A stretch of 40,650 bases of DNA, from positions 1 to 40,650 of the forward strand of contig JBAXFB010000001.1 in NCBI GenBank assembly GCA_037140115.1. Reading direction: 5' to 3'. Positions 17,376 through 26,794 of the stretch are shown here, piece by piece (the stretch's first letter is position 1; each line of letters starts with the position of its first letter). The translations under genes and the position numbers were made by a program. The notes below the pieces were generated by a model, which was given only the letters and a program-made list of their open reading frames with translations, had not been told where the DNA came from and ran no database searches. This stretch comes from a bacterium (lineage in GTDB: Bacteria > Patescibacteriota > Minisyncoccia > Phycocordibacterales > UBA9973).

Positions 17376-18032
17376 ATGAAAAATAAAACATTGATAAGAT
17401 TTGTAGAGTCGTTCATTCTTTTACCTGCTTTGACTATGTCAGGAGCACCTGTAGGAACTACTATGGGTCCGATATCTCAAGCAGTAATGAATATGGTTAA
17501 TACTCAACCTGCTTTGTCTTTGTCTAAGGTAGGGGCTCCAGCTTCTGATGCTTTAGCTCTTAACGAGACTATCCAAAAGAACCTCGAATTGCAAAAAGTT
17601 AAAGCCGATGCAGTTGATGCATATTTCAATAAATACGATATGCCATTAGAAGGTACTGGCATGAAGATGGTTACCGAATCTGAAAAGAATGGTCTTGATT
17701 GGAGATTGCTTCCAGCTATTTCTGTACGAGAATCTACTGGTGGAAAACATGATTGTGGTAAGACTTCTTTCAACCCATTCGGTTGGGGTTCATGTAGAAT
17801 TGGTTTTAAATCAAATAATGATGCGATCGAGACAGTTGCCCGTCATTTGAGTGGTAATGATAAAGGCACAGAAACATACTATAAAAACAAAACTACCTTA
17901 CAGATCCTGCATGCTTACAATCCACCTTCAGTGGTTCGAGACTATGCTGAACAAGTCATGTCTATCATGAATGACATAGAAGGTATGAAAATTACTCCAG
18001 CTACTCCAGAAACAGCAAACAAGACTGCTTAA
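17376..18032 (+). CDS. Secreted protein, possible cell-wall hydrolase-like
   Basis: N-terminal hydrophobic signal-like segment. LLPAISVRESTGGKH...NPFGWG loosely resembles muramidase/transglycosylase active-site regions. Weak call. Confidence 0.4.
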   Translation: MKNKTLIRFVESFILLPALTMSGAPVGTTMGPISQAVMNMVNTQPALSLSKVGAPASDALALNETIQKNLELQKVKADAVDAYFNKYDMPLEGTGMKMVTESEKNGLDWRLLPAISVRESTGGKHDCGKTSFNPFGWGSCRIGFKSNNDAIETVARHLSGNDKGTETYYKNKTTLQILHAYNPPSVVRDYAEQVMSIMNDIEGMKITPATPETANKTA

Positions 18033-18053
18033 ATAATAAATACTTAACTAATT

Positions 18054-18083
18054 AAAAAATCCCCGAGCGATCGGGGATTTTTA
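18054..18083. terminator. Bidirectional terminator hairpin between convergent genes
   Basis: AAAAAATCCCCGA-gcga-TCGGGGATTTTT. Confidence 0.7.
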
Positions 18084-18091
18084 GTTTCATA

Positions 18092-18463
18092 TTAAGATTT
18101 AATTTCCCATTTGATACCTTTCTCTGAAAAATGATCGGTAATTTTTCTTAAAACTTTATCTTTTTCCTCGTTAGTTAATATTTCTTCTTTGTCGTTCCAT
18201 CTTAAGGCGTCGGTGCGGTAAATTCTTCTATCCAAAATTCCACCTTGCATCATTTCAGTTCCTATTGTAACAAACCGGCCATTTTCATAATATCGATAAG
18301 AATCCCGACCTTGTATTATTATAAGTGGTTTTATAAAACTTTGACTTAGTCTTTGCTCTTGTTTTCTGGCGTTCAAATAATGAAAAAACTTATTGATCGG
18401 GGAACGACATATATACAGGATAAGGATAAAGAAAATAAGAATAAAAAATATAGTGTTCTCCAT
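18092..18463 (-). CDS. Hypothetical N-terminally membrane-anchored protein
   Basis: 123-aa ORF with an N-terminal hydrophobic helix (TIFFILIFFILILYI). Confidence 0.5.
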   Translation of the reverse strand: MENTIFFILIFFILILYICRSPINKFFHYLNARKQEQRLSQSFIKPLIIIQGRDSYRYYENGRFVTIGTEMMQGGILDRRIYRTDALRWNDKEEILTNEEKDKVLRKITDHFSEKGIKWEIKS

Positions 18464-18532
18464 GGCATTAATTTATTATTAGTTTATTGTACCCTAAATT
18501 AACATCTTTAATCAAACTCTCAATCTAAATAG

Positions 18533-18564
18533 CAAAAAGTGGTCAACCTGGCAGGTTGACCACT
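18533..18564 (-). terminator. Rho-independent terminator downstream of rpsA
   Basis: GTGGTCAACCT-ggc-AGGTTGACCAC. On the minus strand it is followed by TTTTT. Confidence 0.75.
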
Positions 18565-18593
18565 TTCCGATAAGGTTTAATCTTATTCTAATT

Positions 18594-19712
18594 TTACTCT
18601 AGATGTATCAAAGTCATCTTCTGATCCTTTGGTTCGAAGAGGGTGATTTGGAAATTGTAGTTCTTTCCAAGTTCTAGTTTCTCTCTTAGTTTTGCCTCTG
18701 TTGGAAAAGTTGAGTTGTGGACTAGTCCTGCTACGCCTTCCTTGATAGAGATCAGAGCACCATGTTTGTTGTATTTGATAACAACCCCCTTGATGATGTC
18801 TCCTTTTCTTAGTTTACCTTCGAATTCTTTCCAAGGATTTTCCTTTAGAGCCTTTACTGAAAGGGAACTCTTGCCATCTTTGATCTCGATAACTTTAGCG
18901 CGGATTTTGTCGCCAACCTTGAACATAGTTCGAGGATTGTCTACAAGACCCCAATCAAGTTCAGAGATGTGTACTAAGCCTTCTAGTCCGTCTTCTAGTT
19001 TTACGAAAACCCCGAAGTCTACAAGTCCAGCTACTGTACAATCTAGATCGTCGCCAACATTGTATTTACTTAGGATTTCCTTTTTCTCTTCTGGGTTGTT
19101 GTCCTTTTCAGAGAAGATCAATTTGCCTTCTTTTGGAAGGGTAGAGATGATCATCACAGAAATCTTTTGGCCGACGAGTTTCTTGAGCTCTTTTAATATC
19201 TTATCTTTATCAGAATCTAGAACGCGAGGGTAGTGGTCGGCTTTAAGTTGAGATGCAGGTAGGAAACCTTGGATACCTTGCCATTCCAAAATAAGTCCAC
19301 CTTTGTTTGCATCTTTGATTTCTAGGCTCATCACTGTCTTTTCCTTGATAGCTTTTTCAGCTTCGTTCCAAGTCAGCGCTTGCTTCGCTTCCTTTAGGGA
19401 AAGCTCGGTGTAGCCATCTGAGTTTTCTGTTTCGACAACCTTTGCCTTAATAATATCGCCTGGACGAATCTTCTTGATGATGTCCTTTGCGTTGATGAAT
19501 TCGCGACCATAAATGATACCTGTGCCAAATGGCGCCAAGTCTACATAAACAGATGATTTTTTGACGTTGATAACTGCTCCTTCTACTAATGTATCAACTT
19601 CAGGCTTGTTGACACTGCGAGATACGATCATGCCTAAAACTGAAGTGTCTTCGACTGGGGCTACTACTGGTTCTTTTTTCATATAATGTTTTAAAATTAA
19701 AAAATCCGCCAT
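18594..19712 (-). CDS. rpsA: 30S ribosomal protein S1 (four S1 domains)
   Basis: Repeated S1/OB-domain motifs (GxVxxVxxxGxFVxL-type: GLVDFGVFVKLEDGLEGLVHISEL and others). The true start may be the internal ATG at 19682 (MKKEPVV...), because codons 1-10 overlap a hairpin plus T-run. Confidence 0.85.
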   Translation of the reverse strand: MADFLILKHYMKKEPVVAPVEDTSVLGMIVSRSVNKPEVDTLVEGAVINVKKSSVYVDLAPFGTGIIYGREFINAKDIIKKIRPGDIIKAKVVETENSDGYTELSLKEAKQALTWNEAEKAIKEKTVMSLEIKDANKGGLILEWQGIQGFLPASQLKADHYPRVLDSDKDKILKELKKLVGQKISVMIISTLPKEGKLIFSEKDNNPEEKKEILSKYNVGDDLDCTVAGLVDFGVFVKLEDGLEGLVHISELDWGLVDNPRTMFKVGDKIRAKVIEIKDGKSSLSVKALKENPWKEFEGKLRKGDIIKGVVIKYNKHGALISIKEGVAGLVHNSTFPTEAKLREKLELGKNYNFQITLFEPKDQKMTLIHLE

Positions 19713-19838
19713 AAGCGGATTAAGGTCTAGGTTCTAAAGAGGTACATACACTCAATAGGGTTACCCTAAATCCTGCTAATAATCAAAACTAATATTGTCA
19801 GTCTAGCAAAAAAGAGTCTAAATAGCAATCTAGAGCTC

Positions 19839-19865
19839 CCCACTTGGCGGTTTAACCGCCAAGTG
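19839..19865. repeat. REP-like palindrome copy 1 (ccCACTTGGCGGTTtAACCGCCAAGTG)
   Basis: 25-nt perfect palindrome with 12-nt arms, 13 nt upstream of the Y1 transposase ATG. Confidence 0.85.
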
Positions 19866-19878
19866 CTAAAATAAACTC

Positions 19879-20397
19879 ATGAGAAGAGTGCCACTTGCAA
19901 CTGGGGAAATTTACCACATCTTTAATAGAGGAGTCGACAAGAGAAAAATTTTTTCTGATCAAAAAGACCTGGATAGATTTTTTGAAAGTATTTTAGAGTT
20001 CAATAACATCGAGCCAATTGGAAGTTTGTTTGAAAAGAGTTTCCAGAAAGACAAAATTAAAAAGCCTCTCGTGGAATTTGTAGCATATAATATTTTGCCG
20101 AACCATTTTCATTTCGTTTTGAAACAAGTTTCTGAAAACGGCATCAGTGAATTCATGAAGCGCCTCTTGGGAGGTTATACGTGGTATTTCAATCATAGGC
20201 AAAAGAGATCTGGCTCCTTATTTCAAGGAACTTTTAAAAGCAAGCATATAGATTCCAACGAATATCTTTTACATGTGAGCGTCTACGTAAATTTGAACGA
20301 CAAAATCCCACTTGGCGGTTTAACCGCCAAGTTGAACAAATCGAGCTGGAATGAGTATGTAAATCCGGATTTAGTTAATAATTATGAACGAATATGA
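19879..20397 (+). CDS. IS200/IS605-type Y1 (HUH) transposase-like protein, REP-associated tyrosine transposase (RAYT/COG1943-like), interrupted by an in-frame TGA
   Basis: YHIFNRGVDKRKIF, HUH motif LPNHFHFVL, GSLFQGTFKSKHIDSNEYLLHVSVYVNLN with catalytic-Tyr context. Homolog-like sequence continues in the same frame after TGA 20395-20397 up to TAG 20515-20517. Confidence 0.8.
   Translation: MRRVPLATGEIYHIFNRGVDKRKIFSDQKDLDRFFESILEFNNIEPIGSLFEKSFQKDKIKKPLVEFVAYNILPNHFHFVLKQVSENGISEFMKRLLGGYTWYFNHRQKRSGSLFQGTFKSKHIDSNEYLLHVSVYVNLNDKIPLGGLTAKLNKSSWNEYVNPDLVNNYERI
20307..20333. repeat. REP-like palindrome copy 2, inside the transposase CDS (encodes PLGGLTAK)
   Basis: ccCACTTGGCGGTTTAACCGCCAAGTt, 24 of 25 nt identical to copy 1. 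Confidence 0.85.
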
Positions 20398-20517
20398 TAT
20401 GGCAAAGATATCATCCTCGATCAGTTTGACTCAACTGAAGACTATAAAAAATTTGCTTTTTCTTCTTTGGAAGACATACGGCTCAATAAAGAAAGTTATA
20501 AAGAGCTGGAAGAATAG
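20398..20517 (+). other. In-frame post-TGA continuation of the RAYT-like ORF (YGKDIILDQFDSTEDYKKFAFSSLEDIRLNKESYKELEE*)
   Basis: Same reading frame as 19879-20397. Resembles the usual C-terminal tail of this protein family. Confidence 0.6.
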
Positions 20518-20543
20518 CCACTTGGCGGTTTAACCGCCAAGTA
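20517..20543. repeat. REP-like palindrome copy 3
   Basis: gcCACTTGGCGGTTTAACCGCCAAGTa, immediately after TAG 20515-20517. Confidence 0.85.
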
Positions 20544-20592
20544 GGGGAATGCGGCAGTGATTTTATTTATTTTTTCTGCTATAATATACGGA

Positions 20593-21237
20593 ATGATAAT
20601 CACATATTTCGGTAAACAATTTTTTAAGGTACAACAGGGAGAAATGGTTCTTTCGTTTAATCCTGTGAGTAAGGGTTCAAAGACTGGCATAAACGCTCAT
20701 TTTGGTGCCGACATAGCTCTTGTCACCACAAATCATCCAGACTTCAATGGCATAGATCAGCTTGCTCATGGTGAACGTGTGCCTTTCGCTGTGACAGGCC
20801 CGGGGGATTACGAAGTAAAAGAAATTTTCATCAAAGGAGTTTTGTCTGATGCATTAATTGGAGATAAGAAATTCATAAATACAATTTATTCTCTTACTGT
20901 AGATAATATAAATATAGTTTTTCTCGGGGCTCTTTCGAGTGCAGATTTACCTAAAGAGGCGATAGAGGCAGTGGGCAGTCCAGATATTCTTTTTGTGCCT
21001 GTGGGAGGCCTGTCTGCGCAGGCAGGAAATGGAGTGCTTGATGCAAAAGGTGCTAGCAAGCTCGCTGCTGCTCTTGAGCCTAAATTAATTATTCCGATGG
21101 ATTATGACCCTGCATCACTTAAAGCTTTTCTAAAAGAGTCTGGTGAGGAAAAGGCAGAAGTAGTCGACAAATTGACACTGAAGGCAAAAGATTTAGAAGG
21201 TAAAGAAGGAGAAGTAATCGTATTAAAAAGTCTATAA
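20593..21237 (+). CDS. MBL-fold metal-dependent hydrolase-like protein (UPF0173-like, degenerate metal motif)
   Basis: MIITYFGKQFFKVQ...ALVTTNHPDFNG...ILFVPVGG...LIIPMDY follows the short MBL-fold pattern. TATAAT at 20580-20585 favours ATG 20593 over the track start at 20557. Confidence 0.6.
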   Translation: MIITYFGKQFFKVQQGEMVLSFNPVSKGSKTGINAHFGADIALVTTNHPDFNGIDQLAHGERVPFAVTGPGDYEVKEIFIKGVLSDALIGDKKFINTIYSLTVDNINIVFLGALSSADLPKEAIEAVGSPDILFVPVGGLSAQAGNGVLDAKGASKLAAALEPKLIIPMDYDPASLKAFLKESGEEKAEVVDKLTLKAKDLEGKEGEVIVLKSL

Positions 21238-21241
21238 AAAT

Positions 21242-21517
21242 ATGAAAAAGATTATTCACCATTTAAGAAGTAAGCCAGAACATATTCGAAGACACATTTT
21301 GCATGTGCTCACTGTCGTCGCTGGATTTATTTTGTTGTCTATCTGGTTTTTTTCTTTGAGTGTTCATTTCAGTGATCCTGATACACAGGTAAAACTAGCA
21401 CATGATGTAAAGCCATTTTCAGCGTTGAAAGACAATTTAGTGGGTGGCTATCAGAGTTTATCCGCACCAAACGCAAGCACCGAATCTGATTTAAAAGCTC
21501 AAGTAGATAATCTGTAA
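21242..21517 (+). CDS. Small membrane-anchored hypothetical protein
   Basis: 91-aa ORF with one TM helix (VLTVVAGFILLSIWFFSL). Confidence 0.5.
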   Translation: MKKIIHHLRSKPEHIRRHILHVLTVVAGFILLSIWFFSLSVHFSDPDTQVKLAHDVKPFSALKDNLVGGYQSLSAPNASTESDLKAQVDNL

Positions 21518-21541
21518 AATTCCCGCCAAAGGCGGACAAGT

Positions 21542-24013
21542 ATGAAAAAAAAACAAGAAGAATCAAATAAAGAAGTTGCAATCACAGATAAAATTTTGCC
21601 AGTGGATGTTGTGACTGAGATGAAAGAGTCGTATTTGGCGTATGCCATGTCTGTTATCACTTCACGTGCGCTTCCGGACGTGCGTGACGGACTAAAACCT
21701 GTGCATAGAAGAATTTTGTATGCCATGCATGAGATGGGTCTTACGGCTTCTGCTCGTTTTCGTAAATCTGCTGCAGTAGTGGGAGATGTGCTCGGAAAAT
21801 ATCATCCTCATGGAGACGTCGCGGTGTATGATTCTATGGTGGGAATGGCGCAAGAATTCTCTTATCGTTATCCTTTTATTTTAGGACAAGGAAACTTCGG
21901 TTCGATTGATGGCGACAATGCAGCCGCAATGCGTTATACCGAAGCAAAGATGTCCAAGATCTCTGGTGAGCTTTTGCGAGATCTTGAAAAAGAAACTGTT
22001 GATTTTCGTCCAAACTATGACCAGACTCGTAAAGAGCCAATTGTGTTTCCATCATCTGTGCCTGCGCTTCTTTTAAACGGAACCCTTGGTATCGCTGTTG
22101 GTATGGCGACAAACATTCCTCCGCACAACTTGGCAGAAGTTTTGGATGCGACAAAGCATTTGATAGAAAATGAAGATGCGACCACTGAAGACCTGATGCA
22201 ATTCATTAAAGGTCCAGATTTCCCGACTGGTGGTATTGCTTATGGCCATAAAGATATGTTGCATGCCTACTCAGGCGGACGTGGTGGAGTAGTCACCAGA
22301 GGTGAGGCAGAGATCGTGGAACAAAAGGATGGCAACTTTTCTATCATCATTACTTCGATTCCTTTTCGTGTGAACAAATCAAACTTGATCATGGCTATCG
22401 CTGAGCTTGTACAAGAAAAGAAGCTTGAAGGCATAAAGGGTTTGCGTGATGAATCTGCGAAAGATATTCGTATAGTGATTGATTTGAAGTCTAGCGCTCA
22501 TCCAGAAAAAGTTTTAAATTATATTTACAAAAACACTCAACTTGAATCAAATTTCAACTTCAACATTGTGGCATTGGTGGATGGTGTGCCGCAGACTTTA
22601 TCGCTCAAGTCTATCCTTGAGCAATTCGTGCTTCACAGGAGGGAAGTTGTAAAGAGACGCACCGCTTATGATCTCAGGCGAGCAGAAGAACGAGAACACA
22701 TCTTGCTTGGTTTGAAAAAAGCGCTCGATAAGATAGACCGTGTTATCACTATCATCCGTTCTTCAAAGAATTCTCAAATCGCGAAAGTAAACTTAATGAA
22801 AGAGTTTAAGTTTTCTGATTTACAGGCGACAGCTATCTTGGAAATGAAGTTGGCAAAGCTTGCGGGGCTTGAACGCAAGGCCGTCGAAGATGAATTAGCA
22901 GAAAAGCAGAAATTTATTGCAGAAATGAAAGAGATTTTGGCAAGCCCAAAGAAGGTCTTAAAAATTATTGTAGATGAATTGGTAGAAATCCGTACAAAAT
23001 ATGCTGACGAGCGACGCACAAAGATAGTAAAAGGTGGCGTTAAGGAGATTTCTGACGAAGACTTGGTGCCAGAAAAGGAAACTATGCTAGTACTCACTGC
23101 TGGTGGTTATGTAAAGTGTACTGATCCATCAGAATATCATGCACAAAAGCGCGGAGGTGTGGGTGTCATAGACCTAGAAACCAAAGAAGAAGACTTTGTG
23201 ACTATGCTCGTCTCTGGTTCTACACACAGCAATCTCTTGTTCTTTACCAACCTAGGTAAAGTTTACCAAATGAAAATGTACGATATTCCAGAAGGCCGCA
23301 GAGCTACTCGTGGTAAATCTATCATGAACTTCCTTTCTCTGGGTGGGGAAGAAAAAGTTAATTCTATTTTAGCAATGCCCAAGGAGGACAAGAATATAGA
23401 TAAATCTCCGGCCTCCTTAATGCTTGTGACCAAAAATGGTACAGCGAAAAAAATGTCTTCTGAGAGTTTCAAGGATGTGCGTCGCAGTGGCATCATCGCT
23501 ATTCGTTTAGACAAAGACGATCAGCTCATTTCTGCGTTGGTCACAGAAAAGGGTGATGAAGTTATGATCGCGACTGGTGACGGACAGTCCATACGCTTCA
23601 AAGAATCTGATATCAGAGAGATGGGCAGGACTGCTGGTGGAGTGCGTGGAATAAAATTAGATAAAGACGATGCTGTCATAGGCGTGGACGTTGTGAAAAA
23701 GGGTAGCGAGAAGGGTGCGTTTTTGACGATGAGTGCAAATGGTTTTGGAAAAAAGACTGATCTTAAAGAATATAAAGTTCAAAATCGTGGTGGTTCAGGT
23801 ATCAAGACTGCAAAAGTTACTCCAAAAACAGGTCAGCTTATCGTGGCAAAAGTTTTGACTGGCGAAGAAGCGGAATTAATCGCAATGTCTAAAAAAGGCC
23901 AAGTCATTCGGACAGCTTTGAAAGATATTTCTTCTCTTGGACGTCAGACACAAGGTGTCACCATCATGCGACTTCGCGGTGGGGATGGAATCGCATCGTT
24001 GGCATGTATTTAA
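21542..24013 (+). CDS. gyrA: DNA gyrase subunit A
   Basis: [28 protein letters not shown], active-site AAMRYTE, C-terminal beta-pinwheel repeats. Confidence 0.97.
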   Translation: MKKKQEESNKEVAITDKILPVDVVTEMKESYLAYAMSVITSRALPDVRDGLKPVHRRILYAMHEMGLTASARFRKSAAVVGDVLGKYHPHGDVAVYDSMVGMAQEFSYRYPFILGQGNFGSIDGDNAAAMRYTEAKMSKISGELLRDLEKETVDFRPNYDQTRKEPIVFPSSVPALLLNGTLGIAVGMATNIPPHNLAEVLDATKHLIENEDATTEDLMQFIKGPDFPTGGIAYGHKDMLHAYSGGRGGVVTRGEAEIVEQKDGNFSIIITSIPFRVNKSNLIMAIAELVQEKKLEGIKGLRDESAKDIRIVIDLKSSAHPEKVLNYIYKNTQLESNFNFNIVALVDGVPQTLSLKSILEQFVLHRREVVKRRTAYDLRRAEEREHILLGLKKALDKIDRVITIIRSSKNSQIAKVNLMKEFKFSDLQATAILEMKLAKLAGLERKAVEDELAEKQKFIAEMKEILASPKKVLKIIVDELVEIRTKYADERRTKIVKGGVKEISDEDLVPEKETMLVLTAGGYVKCTDPSEYHAQKRGGVGVIDLETKEEDFVTMLVSGSTHSNLLFFTNLGKVYQMKMYDIPEGRRATRGKSIMNFLSLGGEEKVNSILAMPKEDKNIDKSPASLMLVTKNGTAKKMSSESFKDVRRSGIIAIRLDKDDQLISALVTEKGDEVMIATGDGQSIRFKESDIREMGRTAGGVRGIKLDKDDAVIGVDVVKKGSEKGAFLTMSANGFGKKTDLKEYKVQNRGGSGIKTAKVTPKTGQLIVAKVLTGEEAELIAMSKKGQVIRTALKDISSLGRQTQGVTIMRLRGGDGIASLACI

Positions 24014-24015
24014 TT

Positions 24016-24105
24016 CTCCTCTTGAGGAGTACTCCGACCTAGGTCGGAGGGAGGTGGACGAATTTATCCACCCCGTCTCGCAAGCGAGCCACCCCTCAAG
24101 AGGGG
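24016..24105. repeat. 90-nt GC-rich multi-hairpin intergenic element
   Basis: Five consecutive hairpins: CTCCTCttGAGGAG, CTCCGACCtaGGTCGGAG, GGTGGAcgaatttaTCCACC, CTCGCaaGCGAG, CCCCTCaaGAGGGG. The terminal hairpins are inverted-repeat-like. GC-rich in an AT-rich background. Confidence 0.7.
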
Positions 24106-24125
24106 AATATGTTACAATTAACCTC

Positions 24126-24641
24126 ATGTTCACAGATCCATTAAAAAATATAAAATCTTTAGGACTTCGGGAGACGGATATTGTGGCAGATTTGGGAGCC
24201 GGAACTGGCTTCTATTCTGTGGCAGCTGGACATATTGTGTCTAAAGGTAAAGTCTATGCAGTTGAGATAAATAAGGATTATTTAGCTACAATAAAACAAA
24301 AAGTCAGGGACGCGCATGTCAGTAATGTGGAAATAATTTGGGGCGATATAGAGAAAAAAGGTGGCACATCACTGCGAGATGGCATTATTGATGTTGCTAT
24401 TGCTTCAAACGTTCTTTTTCAAGTTCAAGATAAAGATAAATTTATTCAAGAGATATTTCGCATATTAAAAAAAGGTGGCAAAGTGCTGCTGATAGATTGG
24501 ACTGAGACTTCGCTAATGGCAGGGCAAAGCATCGTCTCAAAGAAAAATGCTTTGGCCTTATTTGAGAAGCATGGTTTTGTTTTGGATGTAGAAGTTAATG
24601 CAGGTTTGCATCATTATGGTATGATATTAATTAAGAAATGA
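24126..24641 (+). CDS. Class I SAM-dependent methyltransferase
   Basis: Motif I VADLGAGTGFYS and post-I/II motifs. The track ORF start (23937) overlaps gyrA and the GC-rich repeat, so ATG 24126 is preferred. Confidence 0.8.
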   Translation: MFTDPLKNIKSLGLRETDIVADLGAGTGFYSVAAGHIVSKGKVYAVEINKDYLATIKQKVRDAHVSNVEIIWGDIEKKGGTSLRDGIIDVAIASNVLFQVQDKDKFIQEIFRILKKGGKVLLIDWTETSLMAGQSIVSKKNALALFEKHGFVLDVEVNAGLHHYGMILIKK

Positions 24642-25936
24642 AAAAATTTCAAATTATAGTCATAGTCATTTTTATAGTTTTGGCCATTTTTGGAGTTTTG
24701 GTATTTTCTGGTACCATCCCAATAGGTAAGAATAGTAGTAGCACTCCTGGTGCCTTGGGTAACGTAGTTTTGTGGGGTTTTGTAAAATCTTCGGTTCTTT
24801 CTACTCCCATTGATGCATTTAATGCTGCGAATACTTCTTTTGTATTAAAGTATGTAGAAAAGTCTCCAGATACTTTTGATCACGACTTGCTTGAGGCTTT
24901 AGCTGATGGCAATGGTCCGGACCTTATCCTTGTGCCTGAAAATCTTGCATTTCATTATTCTGCTAGGATTTTCCCGATACCTTATGAAAGCTACCCACTT
25001 GCATCATATCAGAGCAATTTTGCTAGTGCCGGGAACGTCTTTGCAACTTCAAAAGGTATTTTAGCTTTTCCACTTTCTATAGATCCTTTGATGATGTATT
25101 TTAATCGAAGCACTCTTGATGCTAACGGTATTGTTTATCCTCCGGCATCTTGGGATGATCTAGTAAGCATTACACCGACTCTGACCAAAAAAGATGATGC
25201 TAATAAAATAACTAAAAGCGCAGTTGGCCTTGGTCATTTTGTAAATGTTGATAACGCTAAAGCCATTTTGTCTACACTTTTGATGCAAGCGGGTAGTCCT
25301 CTTGTGTCAGAACAAAACGGAGGAGTTTTTAAATCAAAATTTGATACATCAAACCCAGACTTAAGTTCGTCAGATATTTTAAATTTCTACACAAGCTTTA
25401 CTGATCCAAACAAAGCTGTTTATACTTGGAATCGCTCTTTGCCTGGTAGTGGCAATTTTTTCTCTTCTGAGAATTCGGCATTTTATTTTGGTTTTGCAAG
25501 TGAGCTTTCGAGTTTGATCAACAGAAATCCGAACCAAAATTTTGGTGTGGCTGCTGTACCTCAGATCAAGAATGCAAGTTCAAAATCAACCTACTCTCAC
25601 GTGTTTGGTGTGGCACTCCTTTCTTCATCGCGTAATTCCAATACTGCTTTTACTGCAGCTAGTTTGCTTGCAAGTGGTGACTTTGCTGCCCAGTTCGCTA
25701 ACGCCACAGGCACCGTGCCTGCTCGTAGAGATTTATTAAATACCAAAAAAACAGATGCATTTTCAAATATTTTCTACACTTCAGCTTTATTTGCCAAAAG
25801 TTGGTTGGACCCGGCATCTTCTGGTACGGACAAAATATTTAGTGGCATGATCGAAGGGGCGATTTCAAATAGTGTAACCTCAGCATCTGCTTTAAGTGAC
25901 GCAAGCAGCAAGCTCGACTTTCTTTTATTACGATAA
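24638..25936 (+). CDS. Membrane-anchored extracellular solute-binding-protein-like protein
   Basis: N-terminal TM anchor followed by a ~400-aa domain resembling family-1 (sugar-type) ABC substrate-binding proteins. No cognate permease or ATPase is adjacent. Confidence 0.55.
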   Translation: MKKFQIIVIVIFIVLAIFGVLVFSGTIPIGKNSSSTPGALGNVVLWGFVKSSVLSTPIDAFNAANTSFVLKYVEKSPDTFDHDLLEALADGNGPDLILVPENLAFHYSARIFPIPYESYPLASYQSNFASAGNVFATSKGILAFPLSIDPLMMYFNRSTLDANGIVYPPASWDDLVSITPTLTKKDDANKITKSAVGLGHFVNVDNAKAILSTLLMQAGSPLVSEQNGGVFKSKFDTSNPDLSSSDILNFYTSFTDPNKAVYTWNRSLPGSGNFFSSENSAFYFGFASELSSLINRNPNQNFGVAAVPQIKNASSKSTYSHVFGVALLSSSRNSNTAFTAASLLASGDFAAQFANATGTVPARRDLLNTKKTDAFSNIFYTSALFAKSWLDPASSGTDKIFSGMIEGAISNSVTSASALSDASSKLDFLLLR

Positions 25937-25946
25937 TATTTTTTAT

Positions 25947-26387
25947 ATGAAACTCCCAAAAACAATCTTTGTATCCATTGCAATATTTTCCATTCTTGTT
26001 GTGCCAGCCTTATCCTTGGCGGAGACAACAGTAGATACAGATATTCCAGATGTGGTCGTGGGTGGCAGCTTGGTACCTTGTGGGCATCCAAATCCTAATC
26101 AGAATAATGAAATAACTAATCCATGCAGTTTTAAAGATGCTATAACTATGATAAATACCATTACCAACTTCATTCTTTACAAAATGGCTATTCCAATTTG
26201 TGCCATAATGTTTGCTTATTCTGGATTTTTGATGGTTAGCTCTGGTGGCAGTTCAGAGTCCTTAGGAAGAGCAAAAAAGATTTTTACGAGTACTGTTATG
26301 GGGCTTGCTTTTGTCGCAGGTGCATGGCTTATAGTGAAGACAGTTATCACCACCCTTGGTTATGATGCTACTTGGATTGGGTTTTAA
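25947..26387 (+). CDS. Small secreted two-TM protein, VirB2/TrbC-like pilin paralog 1
   Basis: Signal peptide (ALSLAE), Cys pair (PCGHP...NPCSF), then two hydrophobic helices separated by SSGGSSESLGRAKK. Confidence 0.55.
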   Translation: MKLPKTIFVSIAIFSILVVPALSLAETTVDTDIPDVVVGGSLVPCGHPNPNQNNEITNPCSFKDAITMINTITNFILYKMAIPICAIMFAYSGFLMVSSGGSSESLGRAKKIFTSTVMGLAFVAGAWLIVKTVITTLGYDATWIGF

Positions 26388-26391
26388 TTAT

Positions 26392-26790
26392 ATGTATAAT
26401 ACACTTATGAGTTTTACAAAGAGAAGTTGCTATGGTTTGTTTGTTATATTATCTCTTTTTATTGTGCCTGGAATAATTTATGCCCAAGGGGATGTTCCAG
26501 CTCCGTGTCTTCCTGCTGCTGGCAGGATTTGCAATCCGCTAGGAAATACCAACACAATCCCAGCTTTTATAAAAATTATTCTTGAAGGTGCACTCAAGGT
26601 GGGTATCCCTATCATCGCCCTTGCTGTAATTTATTGTGGCTTTCTCTTTGTTGCAGCACAGGGTAACCCTGAAAAATTAGGTAAGGCAAAAGATGCGTTG
26701 CTTTATACATTAATAGGGGCTGGAATCCTTTTGGGTTCCTTAGCCATTGCAGAACTCATTTCTGCGACCATAAAAAGTGTAACTTCTTAA
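26392..26790 (+). CDS. VirB2/TrbC-like pilin paralog 2
   Basis: Signal peptide (IIYAQG), Cys pair (PCLPAAGRIC), two TM helices separated by AAQGNPEKLGKAKD. The start could be 26392 or 26407. Confidence 0.55.
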   Translation: MYNTLMSFTKRSCYGLFVILSLFIVPGIIYAQGDVPAPCLPAAGRICNPLGNTNTIPAFIKIILEGALKVGIPIIALAVIYCGFLFVAAQGNPEKLGKAKDALLYTLIGAGILLGSLAIAELISATIKSVTS

Positions 26791-26794
26791 TAAT

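Noticed and set aside
19682-19725. Hairpin AATCCGC-cataa-GCGGATT plus T-run (minus strand) overlapping the annotated rpsA start
   Set aside because: It is probably just 5'-leader structure. It mainly argues that rpsA starts at ATG 19682 rather than 19712, and is not strong enough to call an attenuator.
23937-24125. N-terminal 63-codon extension of the methyltransferase ORF
   Set aside because: It overlaps the 3' end of gyrA and is otherwise a translation of the 90-nt GC-rich hairpin element. The methyltransferase fold begins after ATG 24126.
25896-25946. Upstream start (25896) for pilin-like paralog 1, and 26356 for paralog 2
   Set aside because: These extensions overlap the preceding genes and lack signal-peptide character. 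The internal ATGs (25947; 26392 or 26407) begin typical signal peptides.
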